This document shows, one piece after another, positions 19,080 to 28,794 of a stretch of DNA of 64,000 bases. Position numbers and translations under genes: made by a program. The stretch spans positions 32,001 to 96,000 of the forward strand of contig JAZJZK010000009.1 of the NCBI GenBank assembly GCA_040389905.1, in the 5' to 3' direction. Position 1 is the first letter of the stretch. Each line of letters starts with the position of its first letter. Under the pieces are notes generated by a model that made no database searches, was not told the DNA's origin, and saw only the letters and a program-made list of their open reading frames with translations. The stretch is from Gemmatimonadota bacterium (lineage in GTDB: Bacteria > Gemmatimonadota > Gemmatimonadetes > Gemmatimonadales > Gemmatimonadaceae).

Positions 19080-19628
19080 ATGATGCGCGTCTCCATCCTT
19101 GCCGCGGGCCTTGCCCTATTGCCCGCGGCAGGGGTGCGTGGCCAGGCGACCCCACAGGCAGTTGATTCCGTCGTGCGTTTCCCGTTTGTCGACGCTTCCA
19201 ACCTCGAAGGGCGCCCGTTCGCCGTACCGCGTGATTTCGCGGGTGCCCTCAACCTCGTGGTGCTGGCGTTCACGCGAGAGCAGCAGACGGACGTCGACGG
19301 CTGGATGCCCACACTGCGGGGCATCGCTGCCACACGTGCGAACGTTCGCGTTTACGAGCTTCCGGTCCTTGCGCGGCGTTATCGCCTGATCCGACGCGTC
19401 ATCGATGGGGGAATGCGCAGCGGCATACCCGATCCCGCGGTGCGGGCTGCAACGATTACACTCTTCATCGACAAGTCACCGTTCGAGCGTGCGCTTGGGA
19501 TTCCGAACGAGGAACAGATCCAGATCCTCCTCGTCGATCGTCAGGGGACGGTGCGTTGGCGAGCGGCGGGGCGATACACGGAAACGGTTGGCGGACAGTT
19601 GGCAACGCGCGTGGCCTCCACGCCGTAG
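19080..19628 (+). CDS. Secreted hypothetical protein, thioredoxin-like/ATP10-like fold
   Basis: Signal peptide; AF.REQQ.DVDGW, IDGGMRSGIP, LVDRQG.VRWRAAG. Confidence 0.6.
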   Translation: MMRVSILAAGLALLPAAGVRGQATPQAVDSVVRFPFVDASNLEGRPFAVPRDFAGALNLVVLAFTREQQTDVDGWMPTLRGIAATRANVRVYELPVLARRYRLIRRVIDGGMRSGIPDPAVRAATITLFIDKSPFERALGIPNEEQIQILLVDRQGTVRWRAAGRYTETVGGQLATRVASTP

Positions 19629-19749
19629 CGCGACGCGCTCCCTGCTAAGAGCGGCGGCAACGCGCGTCAAGGGCTGGCGCGGCCAGAACGGTGTGGCCCA
19701 TACTCTCCAAAGAGGGGATAATGCCTGCCGCCGCTGATAGGAGCTTCCC

Positions 19750-22479
19750 ATGCCGACCACCGAATGCCGACCAGCGCTTCTCCGCATTGCTGCTGAACCG
19801 ACCACCGCCACGAACAGGAAACTCTGGCGCGCGTTGACGCTCGAGGAACGTGAACGAGCGCTCGCCAGTGCGCTCGTCGATGGCGACGCGGGCTCGGAAA
19901 CGCGGCAGCAGGCAGAGATCGCTATCGCGAACAACCGCGGCTTTCGGAGGCAAAGCGTCGCCCGCTGGCCTGACCAGAAAATCGCGACGTGGGCCGCCAA
20001 GATCGAATCGCTTCCCTCGGAAACGATGTGGAATTCGATCGTGCACTTCCACATGACGCATCGTGTCGCGATGATGAGCCGGTTTCTCGATGGCGCCGGG
20101 ATCGAGCACGAGGACGGCCGCTTCGTCGATGAGGGCCCCTCGGTGGCACTCGAGGCCGAGGTCCTTCGCGGCGCCGCAGACACGCTGCTCGAGTCGTGGT
20201 CGCTCGATGATATCGTGCTGTACCTCCTCGCGCTGCGCATCAATTTCGCCGACGGATTCTGCAATCTCGACCCGTGGCTTACCTCGAGGACCGAGTTCGA
20301 GCCCACCCCCGCCATTATCGACGAGCCCCCGACAAGTGAGCCGCGAATTCTTCCCCTCGGCGGGCGTGATTTCACGACGCTCGATAGGCGGCTCATCCGC
20401 TGCATCGTCGACGCCGCCGCGGGTGTCATCGGTGCCGAGTCAGAGGAAGAACTCGATGATCTTCTGCTCGAGATGGAGCAACTGAACGCCAGCAGACATT
20501 CGACCTTCTTTCACGGTGGGTTCCGTGATTCAATGTTCGGTCGCGCACCTAAGGATGAGCTTCCTGCCGAGAACGAGACGCGCCGACGCTGGTACTGGTC
20601 AGGGTATGTGACCGGCCTCGCACGCAGGGACGAGTGGCACGAGATCGCGCGCTACCATGCGCTCGAGCCCACCGTGCGCGCGCTCGGCAGCAAGGCGGAC
20701 GGCCCAGCGCGCATAGCGGCGGAACTCGTGTTCAGGTCATTGGTGCGCGTCGAGCGGTACGCTGAAGCAGCCGCCTTCGTCGCACCTCAGGCGGCAGCGA
20801 CGTCGGAACAACTTCGGAGCGCAATGCTCGAAGCCGCGGTGGACTTGATTCGTCGCGGTCGCGCGAGCGAGGCACGGCCGTTGCTCGATAGTCTGTGGTC
20901 GGTTGCGCGGAGTGAGAAGGTAGCAATCGATTCGAAATTTCTCGTTGAAGTCCAACGCCGGCGCGCCCTGTGCCTCCGCCAGCTCGGTGACCAACGCGAA
21001 GCAATCGACATCCTCGACGAGCTCGCACGCCACGACGATCCACGGATTCGTGCAATCGCACATACGGACATCGGGCTGATCAAGGCTGGTTACAGGCGGC
21101 TTGGAGATCTGACACTGCCTGTCGAACGCAGCGAGCTTTCCACGCTCATCGAGTCGCTCGAACGAGGAGAGACCGCGTGGATGGATGCGGCGCGCACGCC
21201 GGGCTTTTCCCCGGCGCACGCGAACTTCGCGCTCGGCGTTCTGGCGCTCGCTCGTGAGAAGTATCTGGAAGCCGACCACCGGCTCGGCGACGCAGTCGTC
21301 GTGTTCAGCGGAAAACCGGACGTGTATAGCTCCGACGGGTCGCTTGGACTCGCGCAGTTGTACTTGGGGGTCTCCATTTGCTTGACACTCGACAATCCTG
21401 GCCGACTCGCGCACGCGCGCGAATTGATCGTGGCCGGCCTCGACGCGGGTGCTCGGGTGCCGCGATGGCTTATCAGCTCGATCGTGGAGTCGCTCGCGCT
21501 CCAGAACGGCCAGCTCGCCGGAGAGGCGGCATCGGCCCTGCTCGTGCGTGCCGACGAGGGCATTCTCGACGAACTGATCACCGCGGCGTCACCTGCCATC
21601 ATTCCAGCGATCCGGCCCGCATTGTTCCAGCGCGCGTCGTCGCCATCGCGATCGGACACGCTCCGTGCAAAAGACTATCGCCTCGTTGTCCCGTGGTTGC
21701 TCGAAGCGCACGAGGTCGACAAGGCAAAGGATGCGCTCGGATTCCTCGAGCACTCCGCAACGCTGGGCATCGGGAGAACGGAATTGCTTTCGCTGATCGT
21801 CGAGGGTGACCTGAGCCCGGCATGGAGCGCGGAGCAGTGTGCCGAAATGCGGATTCATCTCCTCGAACTTCAGGGCGACTACGCTGGCGCCGCGTGGGCG
21901 GTGGAGGAGATTGCGCACGCGATGCTGGCTGCCGGTGAACCCAATGCGCTCGATAACGCCGAGCTTCTGCTCCTCCTCCTCGAAGGGTACGGACCCGCAG
22001 GGGCGGACAGCCACTATCGGTTGCGTGGTGTCGTTGAAGCGCGGACCGCGGCGCGCGACCGCGAGGAAAGCGTTGCGCTCGATTCCGGCGTACACCAGGA
22101 CGAGCGGTGCGACGTCCTGATCCTCGTGGTCGGCGGCAACGAGGTCCATGCACGAATGGACACGGACATTCGCGCGCGCATTGCCGCCGACCTGCCGGGC
22201 GTCAGCGTGGAGTTTCTCCATTCTGGATGGACTGGAAACTGGAGTGTCCACGTGGAACAGTTCGAGCGGCTGGTCGCCCGCGCAGACGGCGTGGTCATGT
22301 TGCAGTTGATGCGAACGATGTTCGGGCGGTCCGTGCGCGCGCGCTGTCATGTTCCGTGGCGGGGATGTCGCGGCAGAGGCCAGGGCGAAATCGTGAATAC
22401 CGTGAAGCGAGTCGTTCCGGCGGCGCGGGCGCGGTTAGCTGGACGCACGCCGCAGTCGACGGACGGAGCGATCGCGTGA
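19750..22479 (+). CDS. 909-aa hypothetical protein: N-terminal uncharacterised domain, TPR-like helical repeats, C-terminal alpha/beta (DUF2325-like) domain
   Basis: Long ORF with GAG RBS; A/L-rich helical repeats (ANFALGVLALAREKY, AQLYLGV); C-terminal ILVVGG...ADGVV. Confidence 0.75.
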   Translation: MPTTECRPALLRIAAEPTTATNRKLWRALTLEERERALASALVDGDAGSETRQQAEIAIANNRGFRRQSVARWPDQKIATWAAKIESLPSETMWNSIVHFHMTHRVAMMSRFLDGAGIEHEDGRFVDEGPSVALEAEVLRGAADTLLESWSLDDIVLYLLALRINFADGFCNLDPWLTSRTEFEPTPAIIDEPPTSEPRILPLGGRDFTTLDRRLIRCIVDAAAGVIGAESEEELDDLLLEMEQLNASRHSTFFHGGFRDSMFGRAPKDELPAENETRRRWYWSGYVTGLARRDEWHEIARYHALEPTVRALGSKADGPARIAAELVFRSLVRVERYAEAAAFVAPQAAATSEQLRSAMLEAAVDLIRRGRASEARPLLDSLWSVARSEKVAIDSKFLVEVQRRRALCLRQLGDQREAIDILDELARHDDPRIRAIAHTDIGLIKAGYRRLGDLTLPVERSELSTLIESLERGETAWMDAARTPGFSPAHANFALGVLALAREKYLEADHRLGDAVVVFSGKPDVYSSDGSLGLAQLYLGVSICLTLDNPGRLAHARELIVAGLDAGARVPRWLISSIVESLALQNGQLAGEAASALLVRADEGILDELITAASPAIIPAIRPALFQRASSPSRSDTLRAKDYRLVVPWLLEAHEVDKAKDALGFLEHSATLGIGRTELLSLIVEGDLSPAWSAEQCAEMRIHLLELQGDYAGAAWAVEEIAHAMLAAGEPNALDNAELLLLLLEGYGPAGADSHYRLRGVVEARTAARDREESVALDSGVHQDERCDVLILVVGGNEVHARMDTDIRARIAADLPGVSVEFLHSGWTGNWSVHVEQFERLVARADGVVMLQLMRTMFGRSVRARCHVPWRGCRGRGQGEIVNTVKRVVPAARARLAGRTPQSTDGAIA

Positions 22480-22624
22480 ATGCGATTCCCTCAATGAAAA
22501 TCAAGGGAAGGGGCTGCACAGTGGTGGTGCCTGCCGCTAAATACGGACGACAGGTACGTACACCGGAGTTTCGCGATGACGCGAATGATGTCGGACATTC
22601 CATTGCTCATCGGCAGCGCAAACG

Positions 22625-25057
22625 GTGAGGCAGCGCCGTCGCGTGCGTAACCCCGACGTTGCGGCGCCCGATCACCGGCCCTATGGCGCAGACGATGCCC
22701 CTCGGTGGCGAGCCGAGGTCCTCCAGCAGCTGACGTCCGGGCTCGTGCGCCTCCAGTCCGTCGCCGAGATCGGCGCGTTCTGCTCACGAGAGCTCAGCGG
22801 CATCATCGGCGCCGACACGTGCTGGGCCGGCCAGTTGACGAATGACGGACAATCGATCGAGACGATCGCGCTCCACGGCGTGCCGGACGCGGTCGCGGGT
22901 CCATGGCAGCGCTTTTCCATCGACGCGCCCGTTCCCATCAGTACCGCGCTACGCGAGCGGCGCGCGCTCTGGTTCAGCGACAAGGCCGCCCTCCTCGAAG
23001 CGTTTCCGGGGTACGCCTACACCGCGCGCGCGATCGACCGCGAAGCGACCGCCTTCGTTCCTCTGGCGGTTGGCGGCAGTGGGGGCGAGGCGCGCGCGGT
23101 TGGTGCCCTCTCGATCGGATTCCGTCTGCGCCATGTGTTCGACGAAACGACGCGCGCCTTCATAATGACGCTGGCGCAACAATGCGCGCTCGCGCTCGAC
23201 CGTGCACGCCTGCTCGAGGCGGAGCGAGCGGCGCGGGCGGCGGCAGACCACGCCGCCAGCCGGACAGCGCGGCTCCAGGCGGTGACGGCGGCACTCTCCA
23301 AGGCGCTTGCTGCGAAAGAGATTGCCGAAGTCATCACCGAACAAGGAAGCGCCGCATTCGACGCCGACGGCGCAGCCGTCTACATCCTGGATGACAGCGG
23401 GATGGCACTCACGATGTTGGCGGACCGGGGCTTCTCGAAATTCACGAGAAGGACGTTCGCTACCGTGCCACTCGACGCGAAGGTCCCTGCGGCGGACGTT
23501 GTGCGAACGAGCGAATCGCTCTTCGTGTCCGACTTCGACGCGCTCGTCGGCCGGTATCCGAACCTCGCAGAGGCGATTGCCACGACTGGTCGTCAGGCAA
23601 TCGCCGGCGTTCCCCTCCGCGACACGCGTGGCACAGTCGGTGTCCTGATCTTCGCCTTCGACAGACCGCAGATGTTTACGACGGCCGACCGCGCCTTTGC
23701 GACCGCGCTCGCCACGCAGTGCGTGCAGGCCTTCGAGCGTGCGCGACTCTACGAAGCACATAGCGCGTCCGCACGACGTGCGGCGTTTCTCTCCGACGCG
23801 TCGCGCACGTTGGCGTTACCCCTCGAGACGACGGAACTTCTGCGGCTGCTTGCTGAGCTCCCCGTTCCTGTCATCGCTGACTACTCGATCGTCTATCGTG
23901 TTGGCGCGGATGGGATGGGGCATCGCGTCGCCCGCGCGCACGTGAGCGCGGCCGGCGCCCAGGTACTGGACAGTCTCGAGCGCGAGTATCCGCTCGCGCA
24001 CGCATCCGAGGTGCCTGCGGCGCGTGTGCTTCGGACACACGAGACATTGTTTCTCCCACTCATGCGCCTGGACGACGTCTCGGTGGTGGCTCCGGACGAG
24101 CGCTACATGGACCTCGTCGCCGAGTTGGAACCGTGTTCCGGCATCGTGGTGCCGCTCGTTGCTCGGGGACGCGCGCTTGGCGCGCTCGTGCTCGCGATGG
24201 CGTCGCGCGCGCGCGGTGGTTCCGCGCGGCAGTTCACGACGGACGACGTCACGCTCGCGCAGTCGCTCGCGGAACGCGCAGCGCTCGCACTCGATGCCCT
24301 GATGATCCTCGAGGACGCCGAGCGTGCGCGCGAAGATGCCGAACACGCCAATCGCGCCAAGAGCGACTTCCTCGCGACGATGAGCCATGAGTTGAGAACG
24401 CCGCTCAACGCCATCGCTGGTCATGTGCAGCTGATCGACATGGGCCTGCACGGCCCGGTGACAGAGGCGCAGCACGTCACGCTGCAGCGGGTCACGCGCG
24501 CGCAAGAGCGCTTGCTCGGCTTGATCAACGACATTCTCAACTTCGCGCGTCTCGAGGCAGGCCACGTCGAATACCGGATCGAGCCGATCTCCGTCAGCGA
24601 TGTGACGGCGGAGATGGTCGGCTTGATGGAGCCGCAGTTTGTCGCGCGCTCGATCGCCATCGAGATCCGCGTCGCAGCGCAGAACGGCGCGTCGCCGCTC
24701 ATCGTTCGCGCCGATGCCGAGAAGCTCGCACAAGTGCTGTTGAACCTTCTGTCGAACTCGGTCAAGTTCACGCCGCCCGGTGGGCGCGTCACGATCGAGT
24801 TCGTCCCCAACCCGTCGGAAGACGGCATTGCACTATTGCAGGTGCGCGACAACGGCGTGGGCATTCCTGCCGACAAGCTGCAAACGATCTTCGAGCCGTT
24901 CGTTCAGCTCGGGCGAGGGCTCACTCGGAACGCCGAAGGAACCGGGCTCGGTCTCTCGATCAGCCGCGATCTCATGCGCAGTATGGGCGGTGACCTCGTC
25001 GCGGAAAGCGTGCTCGGCGCGGGGAGCACATTCACGATCCAGCTCGTCCGCGCCTGA
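22625..25057 (+). CDS. Multi-GAF sensor histidine kinase
   Basis: Three GAF-like repeats, MSHELRTPLN, NLLSNSVKFT, GTGLGLSIS. Confidence 0.9.
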   Translation: MRQRRRVRNPDVAAPDHRPYGADDAPRWRAEVLQQLTSGLVRLQSVAEIGAFCSRELSGIIGADTCWAGQLTNDGQSIETIALHGVPDAVAGPWQRFSIDAPVPISTALRERRALWFSDKAALLEAFPGYAYTARAIDREATAFVPLAVGGSGGEARAVGALSIGFRLRHVFDETTRAFIMTLAQQCALALDRARLLEAERAARAAADHAASRTARLQAVTAALSKALAAKEIAEVITEQGSAAFDADGAAVYILDDSGMALTMLADRGFSKFTRRTFATVPLDAKVPAADVVRTSESLFVSDFDALVGRYPNLAEAIATTGRQAIAGVPLRDTRGTVGVLIFAFDRPQMFTTADRAFATALATQCVQAFERARLYEAHSASARRAAFLSDASRTLALPLETTELLRLLAELPVPVIADYSIVYRVGADGMGHRVARAHVSAAGAQVLDSLEREYPLAHASEVPAARVLRTHETLFLPLMRLDDVSVVAPDERYMDLVAELEPCSGIVVPLVARGRALGALVLAMASRARGGSARQFTTDDVTLAQSLAERAALALDALMILEDAERAREDAEHANRAKSDFLATMSHELRTPLNAIAGHVQLIDMGLHGPVTEAQHVTLQRVTRAQERLLGLINDILNFARLEAGHVEYRIEPISVSDVTAEMVGLMEPQFVARSIAIEIRVAAQNGASPLIVRADAEKLAQVLLNLLSNSVKFTPPGGRVTIEFVPNPSEDGIALLQVRDNGVGIPADKLQTIFEPFVQLGRGLTRNAEGTGLGLSISRDLMRSMGGDLVAESVLGAGSTFTIQLVRA

Positions 25058-25069
25058 GCAATCGGCGGC

Positions 25070-25564
25070 TCAGTACAGCCGCGCCAGCACTTCCTGCAGC
25101 AGGGTCGCCGGAACATTGGTGAAGGTGAGTCGCTCTGTGCCCTGGCTCACGACGGCGCGCCGCACCAGCCCATCGGCTCCACGGTAGTACACATAGCGTG
25201 ATGCGCCTGACGGGGTCGTGCGGATGACGGTGTAGCCGCGTCGTCCGAGGATGTCACCGAGGACGGTCGCGCCCTCGAGCGTGCCATACCGTTTCTTGTA
25301 CTGGCCCGGCGGCATTCCACCAGGCTTCTTCGCGAGGCCAGGCGGCACTTTCACGCCGTTGCGATACACGCCGTCGCGATACACCCCGTCGCGAATGCCG
25401 TCATGATTTCGGTCGTCGACCCGAACGACCTTCGCCTTGTCGTGATCCTTGTCGGGTCCCTTGTCGGGCTTGCCCTTGCTCTTGCCCTGCGCAGCCGCGG
25501 CGCCCGTCGCGAGCGTGAGGAGCGCGATGGCGACTCCGATGGCGCGTCGAGAGTTGATGATCAT
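25070..25564 (-). CDS. Secreted hypothetical protein with PPGLAKK/PPGQYKK motifs
   Basis: Signal peptide, GK-rich region; GGAGG RBS. Confidence 0.75.
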   Translation of the reverse strand: MIINSRRAIGVAIALLTLATGAAAAQGKSKGKPDKGPDKDHDKAKVVRVDDRNHDGIRDGVYRDGVYRNGVKVPPGLAKKPGGMPPGQYKKRYGTLEGATVLGDILGRRGYTVIRTTPSGASRYVYYRGADGLVRRAVVSQGTERLTFTNVPATLLQEVLARLY

Positions 25565-25817
25565 GGTGAGCCTCCGATTGAGTGTGGCTCGGGCGCGAGG
25601 ACACTCCGGGCGCCCAGCCACGCCTGCTTCACAAGGCAGCTTTCGCGCCGGATCACGGGAAACAGCTAACATCCTCGCCAGTAGTGGGTTAGGGCGAGGT
25701 CGCCGCATTCGTCACGCCTGTGTTCGTATCGAATCGCGGACGGGATTTCCAATACTGGGACACCGGGCGGGCGAGCTTCGGGAGCATCTCGGGAGACCGC
25801 TTCGCAGGAGGCAGGGT

Positions 25818-25890
25818 TTGCGATTGCGCTGTGTTCTGGTATAAGTTCCATATCAAGTAGTTCCATAGGTGGAACTTCCAGCACTGGAAC
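25818..25890 (+). promoter_or_regulatory. Promoter (TTGCGA...TGnTATAAG) with clustered TTCCA/TGGAA direct and inverted repeats
   Basis: AGTTCCATA at 25844 and 25859; AGTTCCA-N4-TGGAACT 25859-25876; TTCCAG-CA-CTGGAA 25876-25889. Confidence 0.6.
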
Positions 25891-25892
25891 CA

Positions 25893-27317
25893 ATGAGCGC
25901 TCCGTCGATCAAGCCAACGGATATCACCGACCGCGACAGGGAGTGGGCCATCCTGCAGTCGCTCTGGGGGAGCTCGTCACCCGAACTCGTGTTCGTCGTC
26001 GGGCGGCGTCGCGTCGGCAAGAGCTTTCTCCTCGGTCGCTTCGCGCGGGAAGCGCGTGGGCTCTACTATCAGGCGACGCGCCGGACCGAGGCGGAGCAAC
26101 TCGCGCAGCTCAGCCGAGCGGTCGGGGAGCATTTTGCCGATTCAGCGCTCCAGCAGGGCGTGGCATTCCCGGATTGGGAAGCACTGTTCGCGTACATCGC
26201 CGGCCGCGTCGCGGGTGAGCCGTTTCTGCTCGTCCTCGACGAGTTTCCGTATCTCGCCGATGCGGCGCCGGCGCTTACATCAATCCTGCAAGCGTGGTGG
26301 GATCACCGGTGGGTAGGCACGCGGATGAAACTGGTGCTCTGCGGTTCCCACATTACTGCAATGCGTCGACTGGAGGCGGCAGATCAACCACTGTACGGCA
26401 GGCGAACTCGGCGCATGGTCCTCCATCCGTTCACTCCGCGGGATGTCGGCGCGTTCGTACCTCGGTACGACGCGCGCGATGTGCTTACGGCGTACGGTCT
26501 CTTCGGAGGGTTGCCTGGGCACCTCAGCTTGCTCGATCCCGCGCGATCGCTCGCTGCAAACGCCGCGACGCTCCTGCTCGACAGCTCAGGGCGGCTGGCG
26601 GATGAAGCCCAGCATATGCTCGATGCATTCCTTGGAGATGCCGCGGTCCACTACTCCATTCTCGAGGCCGTCGCGACCGGCGACCAGACGTGGAAAGGGA
26701 TCACGAATCGCATCGGCAGGAGTGGGGGCGCGGCACTTCGGCCCCTCGACTGGTTGGTGGGCATGCTCATCCTCGAGCGCGTGGTACCGATCTCCGAGCG
26801 CGACCCGCGCAAGTCGAAGCGTGCGCTCTACCGCATCGCGGATCCGTATGTCGGGTTCTGGCACCGCTTCGTAGCGCCTCTCGCCGCGTCGGGTGCGATT
26901 GGGCTCGTCCCGCCGGAACGGCTGTGGAGCACGAGCGTTTCGCCACAGGTCGCCGACTACATGGGGCCGGTGTTCGAGGACGTGTGCCGGCAGGCGGTGC
27001 GCTCGGGCCGCGTGCAGATGCCGTTCGAGCTCGCGCGCGTGGGAGAGTGGTGGAACAGCTCGTCCACCGAGCAGATCGATGTCGTGGTGCTCGGCGGCAC
27101 CCGCGAGATGTTCATCGCCGAGTGTAAATGGGGGCGAGTCACCTCCGATGATCTCGAACGCTTGGAGCGGCGTGGCCAGCTCATTGCGGGCGAGATTGGA
27201 GGGGTTCGACGCACGCATGTCGCAGTGTTCTCCGGCAGCAACACGTTCGACGCCGGCGTCACCCGCGCGATCGAATCTGGACGGATTCTCGGCTACTCAG
27301 CGAACCACCTCATCTGA
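25893..27317 (+). CDS. Archaeal-type AAA ATPase with wHTH and C-terminal DUF234/PD-(D/E)xK-like domain
   Basis: DREW, GRRRVGKS, LDEFPYL, CGS, PLYGR, GGLP, YRIADPY, FED.CR, QIDVV, AECKW. Confidence 0.88.
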   Translation: MSAPSIKPTDITDRDREWAILQSLWGSSSPELVFVVGRRRVGKSFLLGRFAREARGLYYQATRRTEAEQLAQLSRAVGEHFADSALQQGVAFPDWEALFAYIAGRVAGEPFLLVLDEFPYLADAAPALTSILQAWWDHRWVGTRMKLVLCGSHITAMRRLEAADQPLYGRRTRRMVLHPFTPRDVGAFVPRYDARDVLTAYGLFGGLPGHLSLLDPARSLAANAATLLLDSSGRLADEAQHMLDAFLGDAAVHYSILEAVATGDQTWKGITNRIGRSGGAALRPLDWLVGMLILERVVPISERDPRKSKRALYRIADPYVGFWHRFVAPLAASGAIGLVPPERLWSTSVSPQVADYMGPVFEDVCRQAVRSGRVQMPFELARVGEWWNSSSTEQIDVVVLGGTREMFIAECKWGRVTSDDLERLERRGQLIAGEIGGVRRTHVAVFSGSNTFDAGVTRAIESGRILGYSANHLI

Positions 27318-27318
27318 G

Positions 27319-27358
27319 AAAAAACGAGCGGGGGACGCCCACCAGCGTCCCCCGCTCG
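27319..27358 (-). terminator. Intrinsic terminator hairpin
   Basis: 14-bp perfect stem CGAGCGGGGGACGC/GCGTCCCCCGCTCG preceded by an A6 tract (U tract on the minus strand), between convergent genes. Confidence 0.8.
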
Positions 27359-27378
27359 CACCACTCGCCGTCCGAGAC

Positions 27379-27996
27379 CTACCGGCGAAAGCCTCCGCCA
27401 AATGCCCGGCCTTGCGGCACGAGCGGCATCGCGAGGTTGGGGCGCCCGATCTCCTGTGGAGTCGTATGCGTGTCCGTGCGTGGATCGCATTTCTCGTTTC
27501 CCGTTCGTCCGCCGCGAATGACGACACTGAAGGGTGGTGTGAGCGACACCGGATCACGAGGCATCTCACCGGCGTGATCGATCATGGCCATCTGCTGGAG
27601 ATCCGGTCTCGCACTCGCGCTCGACGGTGCCTCGGCTGGTGCCTTCATCGCGACAACGAGAGTTGCATCTTCGGCTCGCGCGTCAGACGCGAGCACGGTC
27701 GGTGGCTTTACGGCCAGAGCGCTGTACGGATCGTGGGCCGGGATGGCCTCGGGCATTACCATGCTGTGCGTCGCCACAGTGCGGAGCGGAGTGCCGCCGC
27801 TTCTGGGCTTCGCTCGCTCGATGTCGGATACGAAGCGCATCCGCTGGGCGCTCTGCGGTGCCGGAGTCAACTCGGCGTACGATGGTGTCGTTGTTGCCGC
27901 TTTCGCGGAGGTGCCGGCGATTCCATCTTCGCTGCGGCTGCACGCCGCGAGCAGGAGAGGAAGTGAGAGCATGCCGAGCTTGATGTCGGTCCGCAT
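27379..27996 (-). CDS. Hypothetical lipoprotein
   Basis: Lipobox LAAC; GGAG RBS; followed by the terminator. Confidence 0.65.
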   Translation of the reverse strand: MRTDIKLGMLSLPLLLAACSRSEDGIAGTSAKAATTTPSYAELTPAPQSAQRMRFVSDIERAKPRSGGTPLRTVATHSMVMPEAIPAHDPYSALAVKPPTVLASDARAEDATLVVAMKAPAEAPSSASARPDLQQMAMIDHAGEMPRDPVSLTPPFSVVIRGGRTGNEKCDPRTDTHTTPQEIGRPNLAMPLVPQGRAFGGGFRR

Positions 27997-28094
27997 ACGA
28001 ATCTCCGGAGTGTGGAACCAGCGTCGCAGCCGATGCGAGTATACAATTATGCGTACACATTTCGAGATGCGCAATACCCCGTTCCAGCCTACCG

Positions 28095-28613
28095 ATGCCA
28101 ACCGCTTCCAGGGCTTTCCGAACGCTTGTGGTCGTGCTCACGCTTTCCGCGGCGATTGGGTGTCGGGAGACGCCGCCGAGCATCACGACCGAGCAGCGCG
28201 CGGCGATCGCCGACACGTTGAAGAATCTGATCGTGAACGCCTACGATCTGACCACCCCGGGTGACGCGGTGGCTCGCCTGATGAGCCTCTATCCGACGAG
28301 TGGCGCCGTGATCTCCGCGAGTGGCGGCATCGTGAGCACTTCGCGGGATACGCTGGCGGCGGGTCTTCGCGCCTTCTGGGACAACGTGGGCCGGAACATG
28401 CGCGAGCCGAAGTGGACGTGGGGCGACATGCACGTCGATGTCGTCGGACCCGACGCGGCAGTCCTTACGACGACCTACCGCGTACCACACCTGACGCCCC
28501 GAGGCGAACCGCACGTGCTTGCCGGGGCGTGGACTGCCGTGTTCCAGCGTCGCGGCGGGAAGTGGGTGATCATCCAGGAGCATCTTTCGGACTTGCCGCA
28601 GCCGGCGCATTAA
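28095..28613 (+). CDS. NTF2-like (SnoaL/DUF4440) lipoprotein
   Basis: IGC lipobox; WTAVFQRRGGKWVIIQEHLS. Confidence 0.8.
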   Translation: MPTASRAFRTLVVVLTLSAAIGCRETPPSITTEQRAAIADTLKNLIVNAYDLTTPGDAVARLMSLYPTSGAVISASGGIVSTSRDTLAAGLRAFWDNVGRNMREPKWTWGDMHVDVVGPDAAVLTTTYRVPHLTPRGEPHVLAGAWTAVFQRRGGKWVIIQEHLSDLPQPAH

Positions 28614-28660
28614 GTAGTGTCCGTCCTGAAACGACCATTTCTGGAGCGTATCGCCTCGGA

Positions 28661-28750
28661 TGTCATCCCGAGCGACGTCGAGGGATCAGCACCTTCAGTC
28701 TGGGTTTGACGTGCAGACCCCTCGACTCGCTGCGCTGGCTCGGGGTGACA
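28661..28750. repeat. GTCAT-type REP doublet
   Basis: TGTCATCCCGAGCGACGTCGAGGGATC...GACCCCTCGACTCG...CTCGGGGTGACA. Confidence 0.8.
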
Positions 28751-28794
28751 AAGTCTTCACGTCCAGTTCCACGTTCGCACAAGGAGTGACCACG

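Noticed and set aside
19630..22624. Integrated genomic island around the 909-aa gene
   Set aside because: No integrase, tRNA target or convincing flanking direct repeats were found by eye.
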